From an uncultured delta proteobacterium (GTDB lineage Bacteria > Desulfobacterota > Binatia > Bin18), in NCBI GenBank assembly GCA_963733195.1, contig CAVTCR010000012.1:1-64000 (forward strand): a DNA stretch of 64,000 nt. Reading direction: 5' to 3'. Positions 1 to 10,696 of the stretch are shown here, in pieces; the stretch's first letter is position 1; every line of letters starts with the position of its first letter. The notes under the pieces are model-generated. The model was not told where the DNA came from and did no database searches. It saw only the letters and a program-made list of their open reading frames with translations. A program made the position numbers and the translations under genes.

Positions 1-203
1 GTCGCCCGCTTCGAGCCCGCACACGCGGGCGGCGACCGCCGTCGCAGCTGCTCGTCTGCGACGACTGCGGCAAGGTGGAGCCGTTCGAGGACCCCGCGCT
101 CGAGGCGGCGATCGAGCGCGTCGCCGGCGGCACGAGGGCGCCGATCGCGGCGCGCGACGTCGTCCTGCGCGGCGCCTGCGGGGACTGCCGCGAACCCGGC
201 TGA
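1..203 (+). CDS. Fur-family transcriptional regulator, C-terminal part (partial, frameshifted)
   Basis: Manual translation gives ARFEPAH...LVCDDCGKVEPFEDPALE...VVLRGACGDCREPG*, with the two CxxC Zn motifs typical of Fur/Zur/PerR. Confidence 0.75.
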   Translation, partial: RPLRARTRGRRPPSQLLVCDDCGKVEPFEDPALEAAIERVAGGTRAPIAARDVVLRGACGDCREPG

Positions 204-205
204 CG

Positions 206-1407
206 CTACTCGACGAGCTGGAGGAGCTTGAACATCGGCAGGTACATGGCGATCACGATGATCCCGACGACGCGCCGACGCCGATCATCATCAGCGGCTC
301 GACGATCGAGGTCAGCGCCGCGATCGACGTGTCCACCTCGTCCTCGTAGAAGTCGGCGATCTTGTCGAGCATCTTCTCGAGCTCGCCGGTCTCCTCGCCC
401 ACCTTCACCATCTGCGAGACGAGTGGCGGGAAGACCGGGTTCTCGACAAGAGGCTCGGCGATCGGCATCCCTGGTGGACCTTCGCGCGGACGTCCGCGAG
501 CGCGGACTCGACCACCCAGTTGCCGGCCGTTGGGCCGGAGATCTCGAGCGCCTTGATGATGTCGACGCCGGCAGCGACGAGGGTCGCGAGCGTGCGCGAG
601 AAGCGCGCCATCGTGACCTTGAGGACGACCTTGCCGATCCCCGCCGGGCATGCAGCTTGAAGCGATCCCAGACCTGCGCCCGGCGGTCGTGGTCTTCCAG
701 CGGCGGAAGCCGTAGATCGAGCGCGCCGATCGCGGGGAAGACGATGAACCAGTACCCCTTCATGACGTCGGAGGCGGTAGACGATGATCTTCGTCAGGAT
801 CGGGAGCTCGCCGTCCAGGTCCTTGAAGATGTCCTCGAAGATCGGGACGAGGAACATCAGCATCCCGGCGAGCACGAGGAACGCGAAGCAGAGGACGAGC
901 GTCGGATAGATCATCGCGCCCTTGACGCGGCGCTTGATCTTCATCTCCTTCTCGATCTGGAGGGCGACGCGGTCGAGGACCTTGTCGAGGATGCCCGCCG
1001 CCTCACCGGCCTCGACCATCGCGATGTAGAGGCGGTCGAACACCTTCGGATGCCGCGCCATCGCCTGTGAGAGCAACATGCCGCCCTCGACGTCGGCGCG
1101 CACCTCGCGCACGACCTACCGAGAGGGCCTTGTCATCGGTCTGCTGCTCGAGGATCAAGAGCGCCGAGACGACGTTCAGGCCGGCGTCGATCATCGTCGC
1201 GAACTGCCGCGAGAAGACCTGGAGCGACCGCTGCTTGACCTTCTTGCGGCGCCCTCCCGACGCCTCTCGCCGATCTCGCTGAGCTCGACCGGGCGGAGGC
1301 CACGCTGGAGCAGCTGCTCGCGCGCCGACGTGCGGTCCGAGGCCGGTGATCTGACCCTCGGACTCCACTCCGAGCGAGTTGATCGCGTTGTAGGCGAACG
1401 CGGCCAT
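206..1407 (-). CDS. pilC: Type IV pilus platform protein PilC (T2SS F family), frameshifted
   Basis: ORF pieces MAAFAYNAIN..., FSRQFATMIDAGL, AMVEAGEAAGILDKVLDRVA, MVKVGEETGELEKML, AMYLPMFKL across several frames. Confidence 0.9.
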
Positions 1408-1411
1408 GGAG

Positions 1412-2106
1412 CTACGGCTTGTCGGTGGTCGTCGTCCGGCTTCGTTTCCGGCCTCGCCGCCGACCGCGACGAGCAAGAGCCGGTACCGCGCTCCCGTCGT
1501 CGTATTGACGAGAACGAGCGGCTTGCCGACCTGAGCTTCGTCGCGCCCGCGCCGTTCGCGTACGAGCCGCCGGCGATGCCGACGGCACGGTCTTCGCCTT
1601 CGGGTTCTCCGCGATGAGCACGAAGACCGGATCGGCAGCCGGGAAGACCGCGCCTGCGTCGAGCGCCTGGCGCGTGCCGTTGACGGAGATCACCGTCACC
1701 GCGGGCGCCGCCTTGCCGTCGGTCGAGAATCTCTCGGCGGTGGCGCGTTCTTGCTCCCCGCTCCCGTCGCCGCCGTTGGCTTGCTACCGGCGTCGCCCGT
1801 GCCACCACGCCGTCGCCCGGCTCCTCGGGTCTTTGATCTGCTGGACGAACGGGTCCTTGCGTCGAAGACGCCGGGAACGGAGCTGACTGCCCGCGGCTGC
1901 AGCTCCTCCTGACCGCGACCGGCCGTGAACGGCGCCGCTCGGGACGCCGGGGGTCGGCGTTGTCCTCGCGCCGTGGTCTCGGCGGTCGACGGCTCGCTCG
2001 CGGAACCCGGGAAGCTGGATCGCAAGCAGAGGAGCATGAATCCGCCGACGGCGACGAAGATCTTCTGCTTGCGCTCGCGTGCGGCGCGTGGGTTCGCCTT
2101 TGCCAT
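1412..2106 (-). CDS. Membrane-anchored hypothetical protein of the pil operon, frameshifted
   Basis: N-terminal MAKANPRAARERKQKIFVAVGG TM, internal KDPFVQQI, C-terminal VISVNG...FPAADPVFVL; start overlaps the pilO stop. Confidence 0.55.
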
Positions 2107-2768
2107 CAGGAGGTGCTCCCTGCCGCCGCCGAGCGTGGGCTCGGCTCTCCCCGTCCGCTTCGGGGGATTTCGGCGGGGCTATCGGCCCGTCGTAGACGAA
2201 TGCGTGCAGGACGACGTCGCGTCCAGCAGCGGGAACTTCTCTGGTCGCGGACTCGCCGAGCTCGATGCTCTGCACCGCGAAGAGCCGGCCCTTCGCCTTG
2301 ATCTTCCCGCCCCGCATCTTGACGAGCGCCTGCGTGCTCCGCACGAACCTCGTGATCTTGAAGTACCTACCGCTGACCGTCACGGAGACGGGCATGCGCA
2401 GTCGGCCCGCCCACACTGCTCAGAGGCCCTGCGGCGCGATCACGCGGAGCGTGACGCCGCTCCGCTCGGCGAGCTTGCTCAACTCGAGCACGAGACTCGG
2501 ACTGATCCGCGCGCGCGCGGCATGGCCTTCGCGAGCCGGAACACGTCCGCAACCGGTGCGCCCCCTGTGCTCTTCCCGGACGGCTGGAGGTTGCCCGCGC
2601 TTCCGCGAGGGCGATCTCCGCCGCGGCCACGGCCGCCCCTGCCTCGGCAGCCTCGCCACGCTTCGGCGAGACCATCAGGAGCCAGACGACCGCCGCGTAG
2701 AGCACGACGGCGCCGAAAGCGGCGATCGTCAGCGTCCGCGAGGAGAGGGACTCGACGCGCGCTCTCAT
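2106..2768 (-). CDS. pilO: PilO-like type IV pilus assembly protein, frameshifted
   Basis: N-terminal TM (AVVWLLMVSPKR), coiled coil, LELSKLAERSGVTL, MPVSVTVSGRYFKITRF; lies after pilN. Confidence 0.65.
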
Positions 2769-3443
2769 GGCGTCGCTCCCCGCTTGAGCGAGGCGGACAC
2801 GATGAACGTCACGAAGGGCTTGCGCTTCGCTCTGTTGCTTCTTGCCTTCGCTGCTCCCCACCCGGCGTGGACTTCGGTCGCCTGCGGCTCGACCCGCGCG
2901 CTCGAGGTGAGCCGGACGTTCTCGAGGGACGGGATGACGCTCAGGCGTGCGAGCACGCGGGCGACGGAGCCGTGCGAGTACGTGGCCCCCTCGATCGTGA
3001 CTCCCCCCGGCGGCGCGGTCGTCGCGGGCGGGGGCGGCGCCGCACCGGCGGGGAACCGGGGCGGTGCCTCTTCGGGCGCAATCGCTCGGCTGCGTGAGCC
3101 ACGTGTCCTCGGGGAGCACGTACGAGATCTCGCGCAGCAGGCGGTCGAAAGGAACGCGGGTCGAGAGAGCGGCAGAGAGCGCTGCGGCGCGATCCGTGCG
3201 CTCGCGGACGAGGGAGCCCTGGCTCACAGCGGTGTCCTGGGCCTTGGGCAGCTCTACGATCGCGGCCTCGAGGGCTTCGAGCTCGCCCCGACGATCGTTG
3301 GCCGAGCCCGTCGCGGAGGAGGCGAGGAGCATGGCGAAGGCCGTGACGGCGACGACGCCGCCAGCCGCGATGATGAGCGGAGTGCGCGCGCCCTGGAGGC
3401 GCTCGCGCTGCTCGTCGCGGGGAAGGAGATTGACGGCGCGCAT
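2765..3443 (-). CDS. pilN: PilN-like type IV pilus assembly protein, frameshifted
   Basis: MRAVNLLP motif, TM, LLREISYVLPEDTWLT, LARLSVIPSLENVRL. Confidence 0.85.
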
Positions 3444-3609
3444 GATAGTGCTTCCCGCCGTGGATACGGCCGTCATTCGCCGGCGAGAACCGAGCAGGCC
3501 TAGGACGCAGGGAGCGCCAATGATCTAGAATATTAGCGCGACTGAGGACGACGGCATGCGAAGCGTTCGCAGCCGCGCGAAGGATGGGCGTATCCGCGGC
3601 GGGGAGCAA

Positions 3610-4720
3610 TTAGTCCTCGATTCCGAGGCCGATCGCGATCGCGAGCGAGCCCGCCTGCGTCGTCGTCGGGGACGTTCGCCCGAGACCTTCACGCGCCGGA
3701 AGGGTCACCGAGCCCGGACCGGCGCGCCGATCAGCCGGCCGACCGCTTCCGACGAGCCCGGGCATGTGCGCGGTTCCGCCGGTGAGGACGATCTCCCCGA
3801 TCCCGAGCGCGCCCGGCTGAGCCTGGTAGAAGTGCAGCGAGGCCATGAGCTCGCGCGCGAACGCGGCGAGAGCGCGCTGAATCCCCTCGTGAGCCTTCGC
3901 GCTCTGCTCGATCGAGAGCCCCTCGACCGCGACCGGCTCCGCGAACGAGAGCTGCCGCTTGATCGACTCGACCTCGCTCGGGGCCTTGTCGAGCTCCCGC
4001 GCGACCGCGACGTTGAGCGACCACCGCCCAGTCGAGGACGCGCGTGAACTCGCAGTGCGTCCGCTCGAGACGGCGATCGTGGTGCGGTCGTGGCCGACGG
4101 CGATCGCGACGAGCGCGCCTCCGCCGGCGAGCGGATCGCCGGGCGCGGCGAGGGAGCGGAGAAGCGCGAACGCCTCGAGATCGATGCCGACGATCTCGAG
4201 ACCCGCCCCGCGGCACGCCTGCAGGTAGCGGTCGACGACCTCGCGGTACGCGACGACGAGGAGGATCCGGAGGACGGACGTACCGTCCTCGTTCGTACGG
4301 TCGTCGAGAACGACCCAGTCGAGCACCGCCTCGTCGAGCGGGATCGGGAGCACCTCCTCGGCACGGAAGCGAACCGCGTTCTCGAGCTGGCGGGCGTCGG
4401 CGACGCCTTCGATCTCGAAACGCGGACACCGATGCGGTTGTTGGAGATCCCGAGCCGGATGCCCTTCTTCGGAAGCTTGTGCAGCTCGAAAAACCGCGAG
4501 AGCGCGCTGGAGAGGGCAATCGGATCGCGGATCTCGCCCGAGACCACGACGCCGGGCTCGAGCGGCTCCCGGACGGCCTCGACGAGCTCCGCCACGCCGT
4601 TGTTGACAACGCGCGCCGCCGCGATCTGGGACGCGCCGATCTTGAGGCCGATGAGCTTCTTCGCGCGCTTCGGCTCCTTCGCCCGGGAGAAGCGACGGCC
4701 TTGCGCTTGCGGAGCTCCAT
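3610..4720 (-). CDS. pilM: PilM type IV pilus assembly protein (actin-like), frameshifted
   Basis: LIGLKIGASQI, LPIPLDEAVLDW, IDLEAFALLR, IVLTGGTAHMPGL, LAIAIGLG. Confidence 0.9.
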
Positions 4721-5864
4721 CACGCGCTCCCCGCCAGCCGCAGAGAGGACGACGCGGACTGGGCGGCCGGGGACGGCAGATCCACGGGGATTCCGCTCCG
4801 CTCCAGCATGCCGAGGAGCTGCTCCCTCCGGCTCGTGACCGCGAGGGCGCTCTCGACGGTGACGACGCGCTTGCAGGAGCTCCGTCAGGCCGTGCTCCAT
4901 GGTCTGCATCCCGCGCTGCGTCGACGTCTGCATGACCGAGTAGATCTGCTCGACCTTCCCCTGCCGGATCAGGTTCCGGACGGCGTCGTCCGGGAAGAGG
5001 ATCTCGAGGCATGCGACGCGGCCGGCCCCGTCCGCGGTGGGCAGCAGCGTCTGGGTGACGATGCCCTGGAGCGTGTTCGCGAGCTGCATGCGCACCTGCT
5101 CCTGCTGGGCCGGCGGGAAGACGTCGATGACGCGGTCGATCGTCGAAGGGGCGCTCTGCGTGTGCAGCGTCGCGAGGACCAGGTGGCCCGTCTCGGCGGC
5201 GGTCAGCGCGGTGCCGATGGTCTCGAGGTCGCGCATCTCGCCGAGGAGGATCACGTCCGGGTCCTGGCGCAGCGCCGCGCGCAGCGCCTCGGCGAAGGTC
5301 GGAGCGTCCTGGCCGATCTCGCGCTGGGTGACGACGCAGCGCTTGTGCCGGTGCACGAACTCGATCGGGTCCTCGATGGTGAGAATGTGATGGGGCTTCG
5401 CGCGGTTGACCTCGTCGACCATCGCGGCGAGCGTGGTCGACTTCCCGGAGCCGGTCGGGCCGGTGACGAGGACGAGGCCGCGCGGCTTCATCGCGAGGTC
5501 GCGGAGCGACTCCGGCAGGCCGAGCTCCTCGAGCGTTCGCAGCTCGGCGGGAACGTGCCGGAAGCCGCGGCGAGCGTGCCGCGCTGGAAGTGGACGTTCA
5601 CGCGGAAGCGGCCGAGCCCGGGACGCCGTGGGAGAAGTCGAGCTGGCGCAATACCTCGAGCTGCTTCTGCTGCTCGGTCGAGAGGATGCGGTAGAGGAGC
5701 GTGCGCGAGTCGTCGCTCTTCAGGGACTCCGTGCCCTCGAGCCAGACGACTTCGCCGTGCACGCGAATGGCAGGCGGAGCGCCCGGCACGAGGTGGAGAT
5801 CCGAAGCACCGGCCTCCACCGCGCGCGCCAGCAGGTCGTCGATCGAGATCGGCGGCGCGTCCAT
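4720..5864 (-). CDS. pilT: PilT twitching-motility retraction ATPase, frameshifted
   Basis: GASDLHL, Walker A GPTGSGKSTT, TIEDPIE, ALRQDPDVILLGEMRD, ETGHLVLATLH, AVRNLIRQGK, GMQTME. Confidence 0.93.
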
Positions 5865-5875
5865 GAACAGGGTGG

Positions 5876-5903
5876 CTATCGGCACTCCAAACCCTGACCT
5901 TGA
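5876..5903 (-). promoter_or_regulatory. Putative sigma28/WhiG-type promoter for the pilT operon
   Basis: Minus strand reads TCAAG-N15-GCCGATAG, about 11 nt upstream of the pilT ATG. Confidence 0.55.
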
Positions 5904-6065
5904 GCCGGATCCGGCGGCCGCGCGGACTCCGCCACGCCTCCCCCGCGACATCACTCGCGAATCACCCAATCTGGGGTAGGGCGTGCCCCGCGCTCGCGGC
6001 CGATTACTGTCCGGGCAGCGGCGCAAGACCCAACCAATCCCCCGACTGCGGAAGGAGAACCACCC

Positions 6066-6466
6066 ATGTTCAAGCGGATCCGGCAGCGTCTCGACGGGAA
6101 CACCGAGCAGGGCTTCACCCTGATCGAGCTCCTCGTCGTGATCATCATCATCGGCATCCTGCTCGCGATCGCCGTCCCGTCGTACCTCGGGTTCCGGGGC
6201 CGCGCGGCGGACAGCGCGGCCAAGGCGAACGTGCGTGCAGCCTGCCCGCGGTCGAGGCGTTCTACGCCGACAACGGCACCTACACGGGCATGGACGCGGC
6301 CGACCTCGTGGCCATCGACTTGGGCACTCTCGCCGTCGCTGACCGTGGCGAGCGCCGGCGGCCGGCGGCATGTACTGCATCACGGACACCGTGAGCGGCA
6401 AGACGTGGAGCGTTGCAGGCCCGGCCCGTCGAGCGCGGACTTCCACGCGAGAACAACTGCACGTAA
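6066..6466 (+). CDS. pilA: Type IV major pilin (class III signal peptide), frameshifted
   Basis: QG|FTLIELLVVIIIIGILLAIAVP prepilin motif; continues in other frames as VEAFYADNGTYTG and YCITDTVSGKTWS...ENNCT*; GAAGGAG RBS. Confidence 0.88.
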
Positions 6467-6487
6467 TCCACGGCCTTCGGCCGAGTG

Positions 6488-6523
6488 GAGAAGAGGCGCG
6501 GGAGACCGCGCCTCTTCTCTTTC
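6488..6523 (+). terminator. Intrinsic terminator after the pilin
   Basis: Perfect 14-bp stem GAGAAGAGGCGCGG / CCGCGCCTCTTCTC with a GAGA tetraloop, followed by TTT. Confidence 0.75.
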
Positions 6524-6590
6524 GTCCTTGACGCAAGGAAATCTTCGAAGGCGACCCTGTCGCGGCCCCACCGGTTCCGACAAGTTCCCG

Positions 6591-6617
6591 TAAAGCGGCT
6601 TCGCTGCGTTCCGATAA
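6591..6617 (+). promoter_or_regulatory. Putative sigma28/WhiG-type promoter
   Basis: TAAA-N15-TCCGATAA just upstream of ORF 6625. Confidence 0.55.
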
Positions 6618-6624
6618 GGAGTCC

Positions 6625-7158
6625 GTGATGGCGTCGATCAGTCCTCCCGTGCGCGTGTTCGCGCTCGTGGCCGTCCTCGCGGCGGTCGGCTACGCCGGCT
6701 TCGTGTTCCTCACGGGACGATCACAGGCCGCCGAGCTGACGGCAGCGCCGACGCCCACCGTCGACGCCGGCGCCCGTCAAGCCGGCTCCCGCGGCGCCCG
6801 AGCCCGGCCGGCACACGGAAAGCGCCCGTACGGACGCCCAAGAGCGGCTTTCCCGCGCCAGTCGATCGGCGCTTCCTACAACCGCGTGGTCGTCATCGCG
6901 CTCTACCTGCCGGGCGCGGCCGTCGACGCGCAGGTTCGGGCCGAGGCCCGCGCGGGAGCTGCCCGCGCGCGCGTCGGGTTCGTGGCGCTGAGCGCGCGCG
7001 AGCGAGCGGCTCGTCCGCCCCCTGGGTGTCGCGAAGACCGGGTGCTGCCCGCAGCCGGCCGTCGTCGTCGTCCGCCGTCCCGGCGTCGTGAAGGCGGACG
7101 CTCGGCGGTGACGGACGCCGGCACGGTCGCGCAGGCCGCGCTCCAGGCGAAGTCGTGA
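6625..7158 (+). CDS. Membrane-anchored hypothetical protein (pil-associated)
   Basis: N-terminal TM; VVVIALYLPGAAVD...EARAGA; probably frameshifted. Confidence 0.5.
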   Translation: MMASISPPVRVFALVAVLAAVGYAGFVFLTGRSQAAELTAAPTPTVDAGARQAGSRGARARPAHGKRPYGRPRAAFPRQSIGASYNRVVVIALYLPGAAVDAQVRAEARAGAARARVGFVALSARERAARPPPGCREDRVLPAAGRRRRPPSRRREGGRSAVTDAGTVAQAALQAKS

Positions 7159-7233
7159 GCGAGGCCGCGGCGCTCTCGCCACGGGGCGCGAGCTGTACGT
7201 GCGTCATGCGCGGCTTCGACGGCCGCTAGGATA

Positions 7234-8187
7234 CATCTCAATCTTAATCCTGACTTTTTAGACTCAAACTCAATCGGCGGCTCTTCTTTTGTGTCGCATA
7301 CTGCCCATGCCGCAGCTGCTATTGCCGCTGGCTACTGTAATGTGGCGCTGATTCTCTACGGTAGCAAATGGTCGTCTGACCGGTTCGCCATCGGAACCGG
7401 TGGTGCGAGTGGCGGCGATCCATCAGAACAGTTTGAAAACTGTTACGGCCCCACAACAGTCGGTGACTATGCGCTCGTCGCTCAGCGGCACATGCATGAG
7501 TTTGGCACCACCAGTGAACAACTGGCAGAAATCGCCGTGACCATGCGTAAACATGCATCTTTGAATCCTTTGGCCAAGTTTCGCGATTTGATTACGGTTG
7601 ACGATGTCATGACTTCTCGTATGGTATCGTCACCACTGCATCTGCTTGATTGCTGTATGATTTCCGATGGTGGCGGTGCCGTCGTTGTCACCTCAGCAGA
7701 ACGGGCACGAGATCTCAAAAAGAAACCAGTGAGCATCTTAGGTGCCGCAGAAGCGTGTTATCACACCAGTGCCGGGATGCGCGACTTTACTGACGCTGCG
7801 GCCAAGCAATCCGGTCCAAAAGCATTAGCACGAGCCGGTGTCGCTCACAAAGACATCAACATGGCGATGATCTATGACTCATTTACCATCACTGTCTGTG
7901 TGACACTGGAAAGTCTGGGCTTCTGCAAAAAAGGTGAAGGTGGCTCGTTCGTGCAAAATGGTCGCGTTGGTCTTGGCGGGGCGCTGCCGATTAACACCGA
8001 TGGCGGCGGGCTGTCCTCCAATCATCCTGGCATGCGTGGCATTTTTCTCGTGATCGAAGCAACCAAACAATTACGTGGGGAATGTGGCGAACGGCAAGTG
8101 AAGGACTGCAAGATCGCTATGGTGCACGGCACTGGTGGAACCCTGGGCCTGCGGCATAGTGGCGCGTCGCTAGTTCTCGGAGTGTGA
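7234..8187 (+). CDS. Thiolase-family protein (SCP2-type/non-canonical), 5'-truncated at the junction
   Basis: Frame open from about 7234 (LDSNSIGGSSFVSH); LLDCCMISDGGGA, IYDSFT, NTDGGGLSSNHPG, HGTGG. Confidence 0.88.
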   Translation, partial: HLNLNPDFLDSNSIGGSSFVSHTAHAAAAIAAGYCNVALILYGSKWSSDRFAIGTGGASGGDPSEQFENCYGPTTVGDYALVAQRHMHEFGTTSEQLAEIAVTMRKHASLNPLAKFRDLITVDDVMTSRMVSSPLHLLDCCMISDGGGAVVVTSAERARDLKKKPVSILGAAEACYHTSAGMRDFTDAAAKQSGPKALARAGVAHKDINMAMIYDSFTITVCVTLESLGFCKKGEGGSFVQNGRVGLGGALPINTDGGGLSSNHPGMRGIFLVIEATKQLRGECGERQVKDCKIAMVHGTGGTLGLRHSGASLVLGV

Positions 8188-8279
8188 ACCGTGTTGCGTA
8201 TTGCGTGTTACGTATTGCACAGTCCTGCTCTTTTCTCACGTATCACGTAACACGAATCACGTCTTAGGAGATTTGAATC

Positions 8280-8750
8280 ATGGCCGAAGAGAAAAAATAC
8301 AAAAAACCGATTCCTCGGATTGACGAGGAGAACAAACCGTTCTGGGAAGCCTGCGCTCGACACGAGCTATACGTGCAGAAATGTCGCAGCTGCGGCAAAA
8401 TCTTTTACTACGCCCGCGCCTTCTGCCCAGACGACCTGTCGCAAGATCTTGACTGGGTCAAATGCAGTGGCAAAGGGAAAGTCTATACTTTCACCGTCAC
8501 GCAACAGAATCAGAGTGCAGGGTTTCGCGAAAATTTGCCGTATATCATGGCGTATGTTGAACTGGACGAAGGTGTGCGCATGCTGACGAATATCGTCGAG
8601 TGCAAACCCGAGGATGTAAAAATCGGCATGCCGGTTGAAGTGACATTTGAAGACGCCACGCCGGAAATTTCAATTCCGTTGTTTCGACCAAGCGATGGTA
8701 GAACAGGGAAAAGGGGCAACGCAGGGAAAAGGACTTTCTGTTTTTTGTGA
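8280..8750 (+). CDS. DUF35 Zn-ribbon/OB-fold protein (thiolase partner)
   Basis: FWEA...CRSCG...FCP, GKGKVYTFT, VELDEGVRMLTNI, IGMPVEVTF; C-terminal tail runs into a repeat. Confidence 0.9.
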   Translation: MAEEKKYKKPIPRIDEENKPFWEACARHELYVQKCRSCGKIFYYARAFCPDDLSQDLDWVKCSGKGKVYTFTVTQQNQSAGFRENLPYIMAYVELDEGVRMLTNIVECKPEDVKIGMPVEVTFEDATPEISIPLFRPSDGRTGKRGNAGKRTFCFL

Positions 8751-9169
8751 CTGAGGGATTTGGAGTTGAAATTCAAAGTAACGGCGATGCGTACGTGATA
8801 ACTCTTCTGAAGTGCAATATAACACTCATGTTTGATGTCCTGATGATTAGCTCAAGTCCAGTCGAGGCGTGCTCTTTAGCTCTGTTCTGAATAGTCGAAC
8901 GTTTTGAAAGTACTATGCGACAGTAGAGCGATCGTAAAAAATCTATCACGAAATAGCATATTTCATACCTTTTGAATTTTCTATAGCGTTATGTGCGATG
9001 ATCATTGTGAGAATTTCGTTACAATGAGATAGATATCGAGTTGGACTATCTCAGAAAATTGACCAGTGTTGTTCTGAATATAGACCAAGAGTTGTTTGCT
9101 TCGTTAACGACGAGGTATGAGTTTGCTGGAATATGAGAATAGGTCGCTGGCAAGCTTGCCAATGTATGC

Positions 9170-9783
9170 ATACGTCAAATGCTGGCGTCTGTAAATTATC
9201 AAGCAACGTCTCGAGCTCTCTTCTACTCGAGCAATATAGTAAGTGGGAGTCGGTAAGATACTGTTAGAATGTTCTCGTTTCCTCCGCCATACTTAATCGA
9301 GGTATCTATTAGATCAGAGAACTTTTATGACAATCTCAGCGCAGAGATGTTGTAGCGAAGTCCGTACTTGTATCTCAATCATCTTATCGAGGCAACTCAC
9401 AACTCACGTGGACGGCGCGATATCCATGACTGGGTTGTTGGCGACGGTCGATGATGGTCGTACGTTCAAAGAGGTTCGTGAGAGATTGAATCACTGTCTC
9501 TCTGCTGAGCAATATCAGGTACGATCAATCTGACAACGAGCAATGTCTTGAATTTGAGTGAAGCGGATACTTTCTCTGTGCTATTTCTTAATGATCGATG
9601 AGGTCGATTTTGCTCTGATCTCTCTGTGGGTTCCAGAGCTAACTCGTTGTGTATCTTTCCGATGACAATCTCGAATGCTTCAGCAAATGAACGACGATAC
9701 GTATCGAGTAACCGCAAATCAGCTTCGCTTATTGTACCTTTCTTCAAACGATTGCCTAATCGATCAATTTGCGTTTTACTCAT
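9170..9783 (-). pseudogene. RelA/SpoT synthetase-domain (small alarmone synthetase-like) gene, heavily frameshifted; 3' end approximate
   Basis: MSKTQIDRLGNRL..., then TQIQDIA, HGYRAVHV and IEIQVRTSLQH motifs read manually on the minus strand. Confidence 0.7.
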
Positions 9784-9961
9784 TACTGTTATCATAAATG
9801 TGAAACTATAGGCAATACAAAATAGGATATTGATATTAGTTATGAATTTTAAGAAAAGATTGATATTGTTTTAGTGATAATGTGGTAATAATAGTGGGAA
9901 AGATAATAATAAGTATATTATGAGCACCTTTACTTATATAATAGAAGAGAAGATAAGAACC

Positions 9962-10696
9962 ATGATTAAAGCCGCAAGCTTTCCAGAAGCCCATGCTGGA
10001 CGTTATTTCCTGGCCGACTACCCAGCAGTCTATCTTGACACTTACATTACCAATCTCATCGCTGACTTTCGCGATGCGAAGGACCCAGCCCACCTTGATG
10101 GGGGACAGGCGTTATTCGCTGAATACGGCGAAGGGGTCGCGCTCACGCATGCACATCCAGTAGACCAGTGGCAGGTGTATGTAACAGGCTCGGCACGGCT
10201 GGCCAAAAAGCCAGTGTTACCCGTGACCATTCAATATACCGACGAATGGGTACCGTACGGACCGATCGAAGTGGCGAAAGAAGGTTTTGCTCTCATCGCC
10301 CTGTGGCCTCGTCCGAACGATGCAACTTACGAAATGCCCCAGGATGCGGACACAATCCGCTCCAACCTACGCGGTAAGCCACACCGTATCCTCTTCAATC
10401 ACCTTGAGGTTGCAGATGAGCTTGTCACTGCACCCTCAGAAACGACGCTGATCGAGGAAGATACGATCTGGGCACGTCGCTGGCGTCTACCAGCTGGTAC
10501 GAGCCTTGAAACTCCCGACCCATCCCAGGGCGGAGGACAGTTCTTCATCCCGCTTCAGGGAAGGGTCGATTACGAGAGCCGTCAGTACACCCAGTGGTCA
10601 ACAATCTACGTCGGCCCGCGAGATGGACGAATTGTCTTGCAGGCGGGTGTCGATGGTGCTGACGTACTCGGGATGCAATTCCGACCGCAACACTGA
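9962..10696 (+). CDS. Hypothetical protein, cupin-like
   Basis: HAHPVDQWQ and YTDEWVPYGPI motifs, plus a second cupin-like repeat GQFFIPLQG. Confidence 0.5.
   Translation: MIKAASFPEAHAGRYFLADYPAVYLDTYITNLIADFRDAKDPAHLDGGQALFAEYGEGVALTHAHPVDQWQVYVTGSARLAKKPVLPVTIQYTDEWVPYGPIEVAKEGFALIALWPRPNDATYEMPQDADTIRSNLRGKPHRILFNHLEVADELVTAPSETTLIEEDTIWARRWRLPAGTSLETPDPSQGGGQFFIPLQGRVDYESRQYTQWSTIYVGPRDGRIVLQAGVDGADVLGMQFRPQH

Noticed and set aside
206-7241. Many long overlapping Arg/Ala/Pro-rich ORFs on both strands
   Set aside because: These are shadow frames of very high-GC DNA; the real pil genes are recovered by stitching frameshifted segments.
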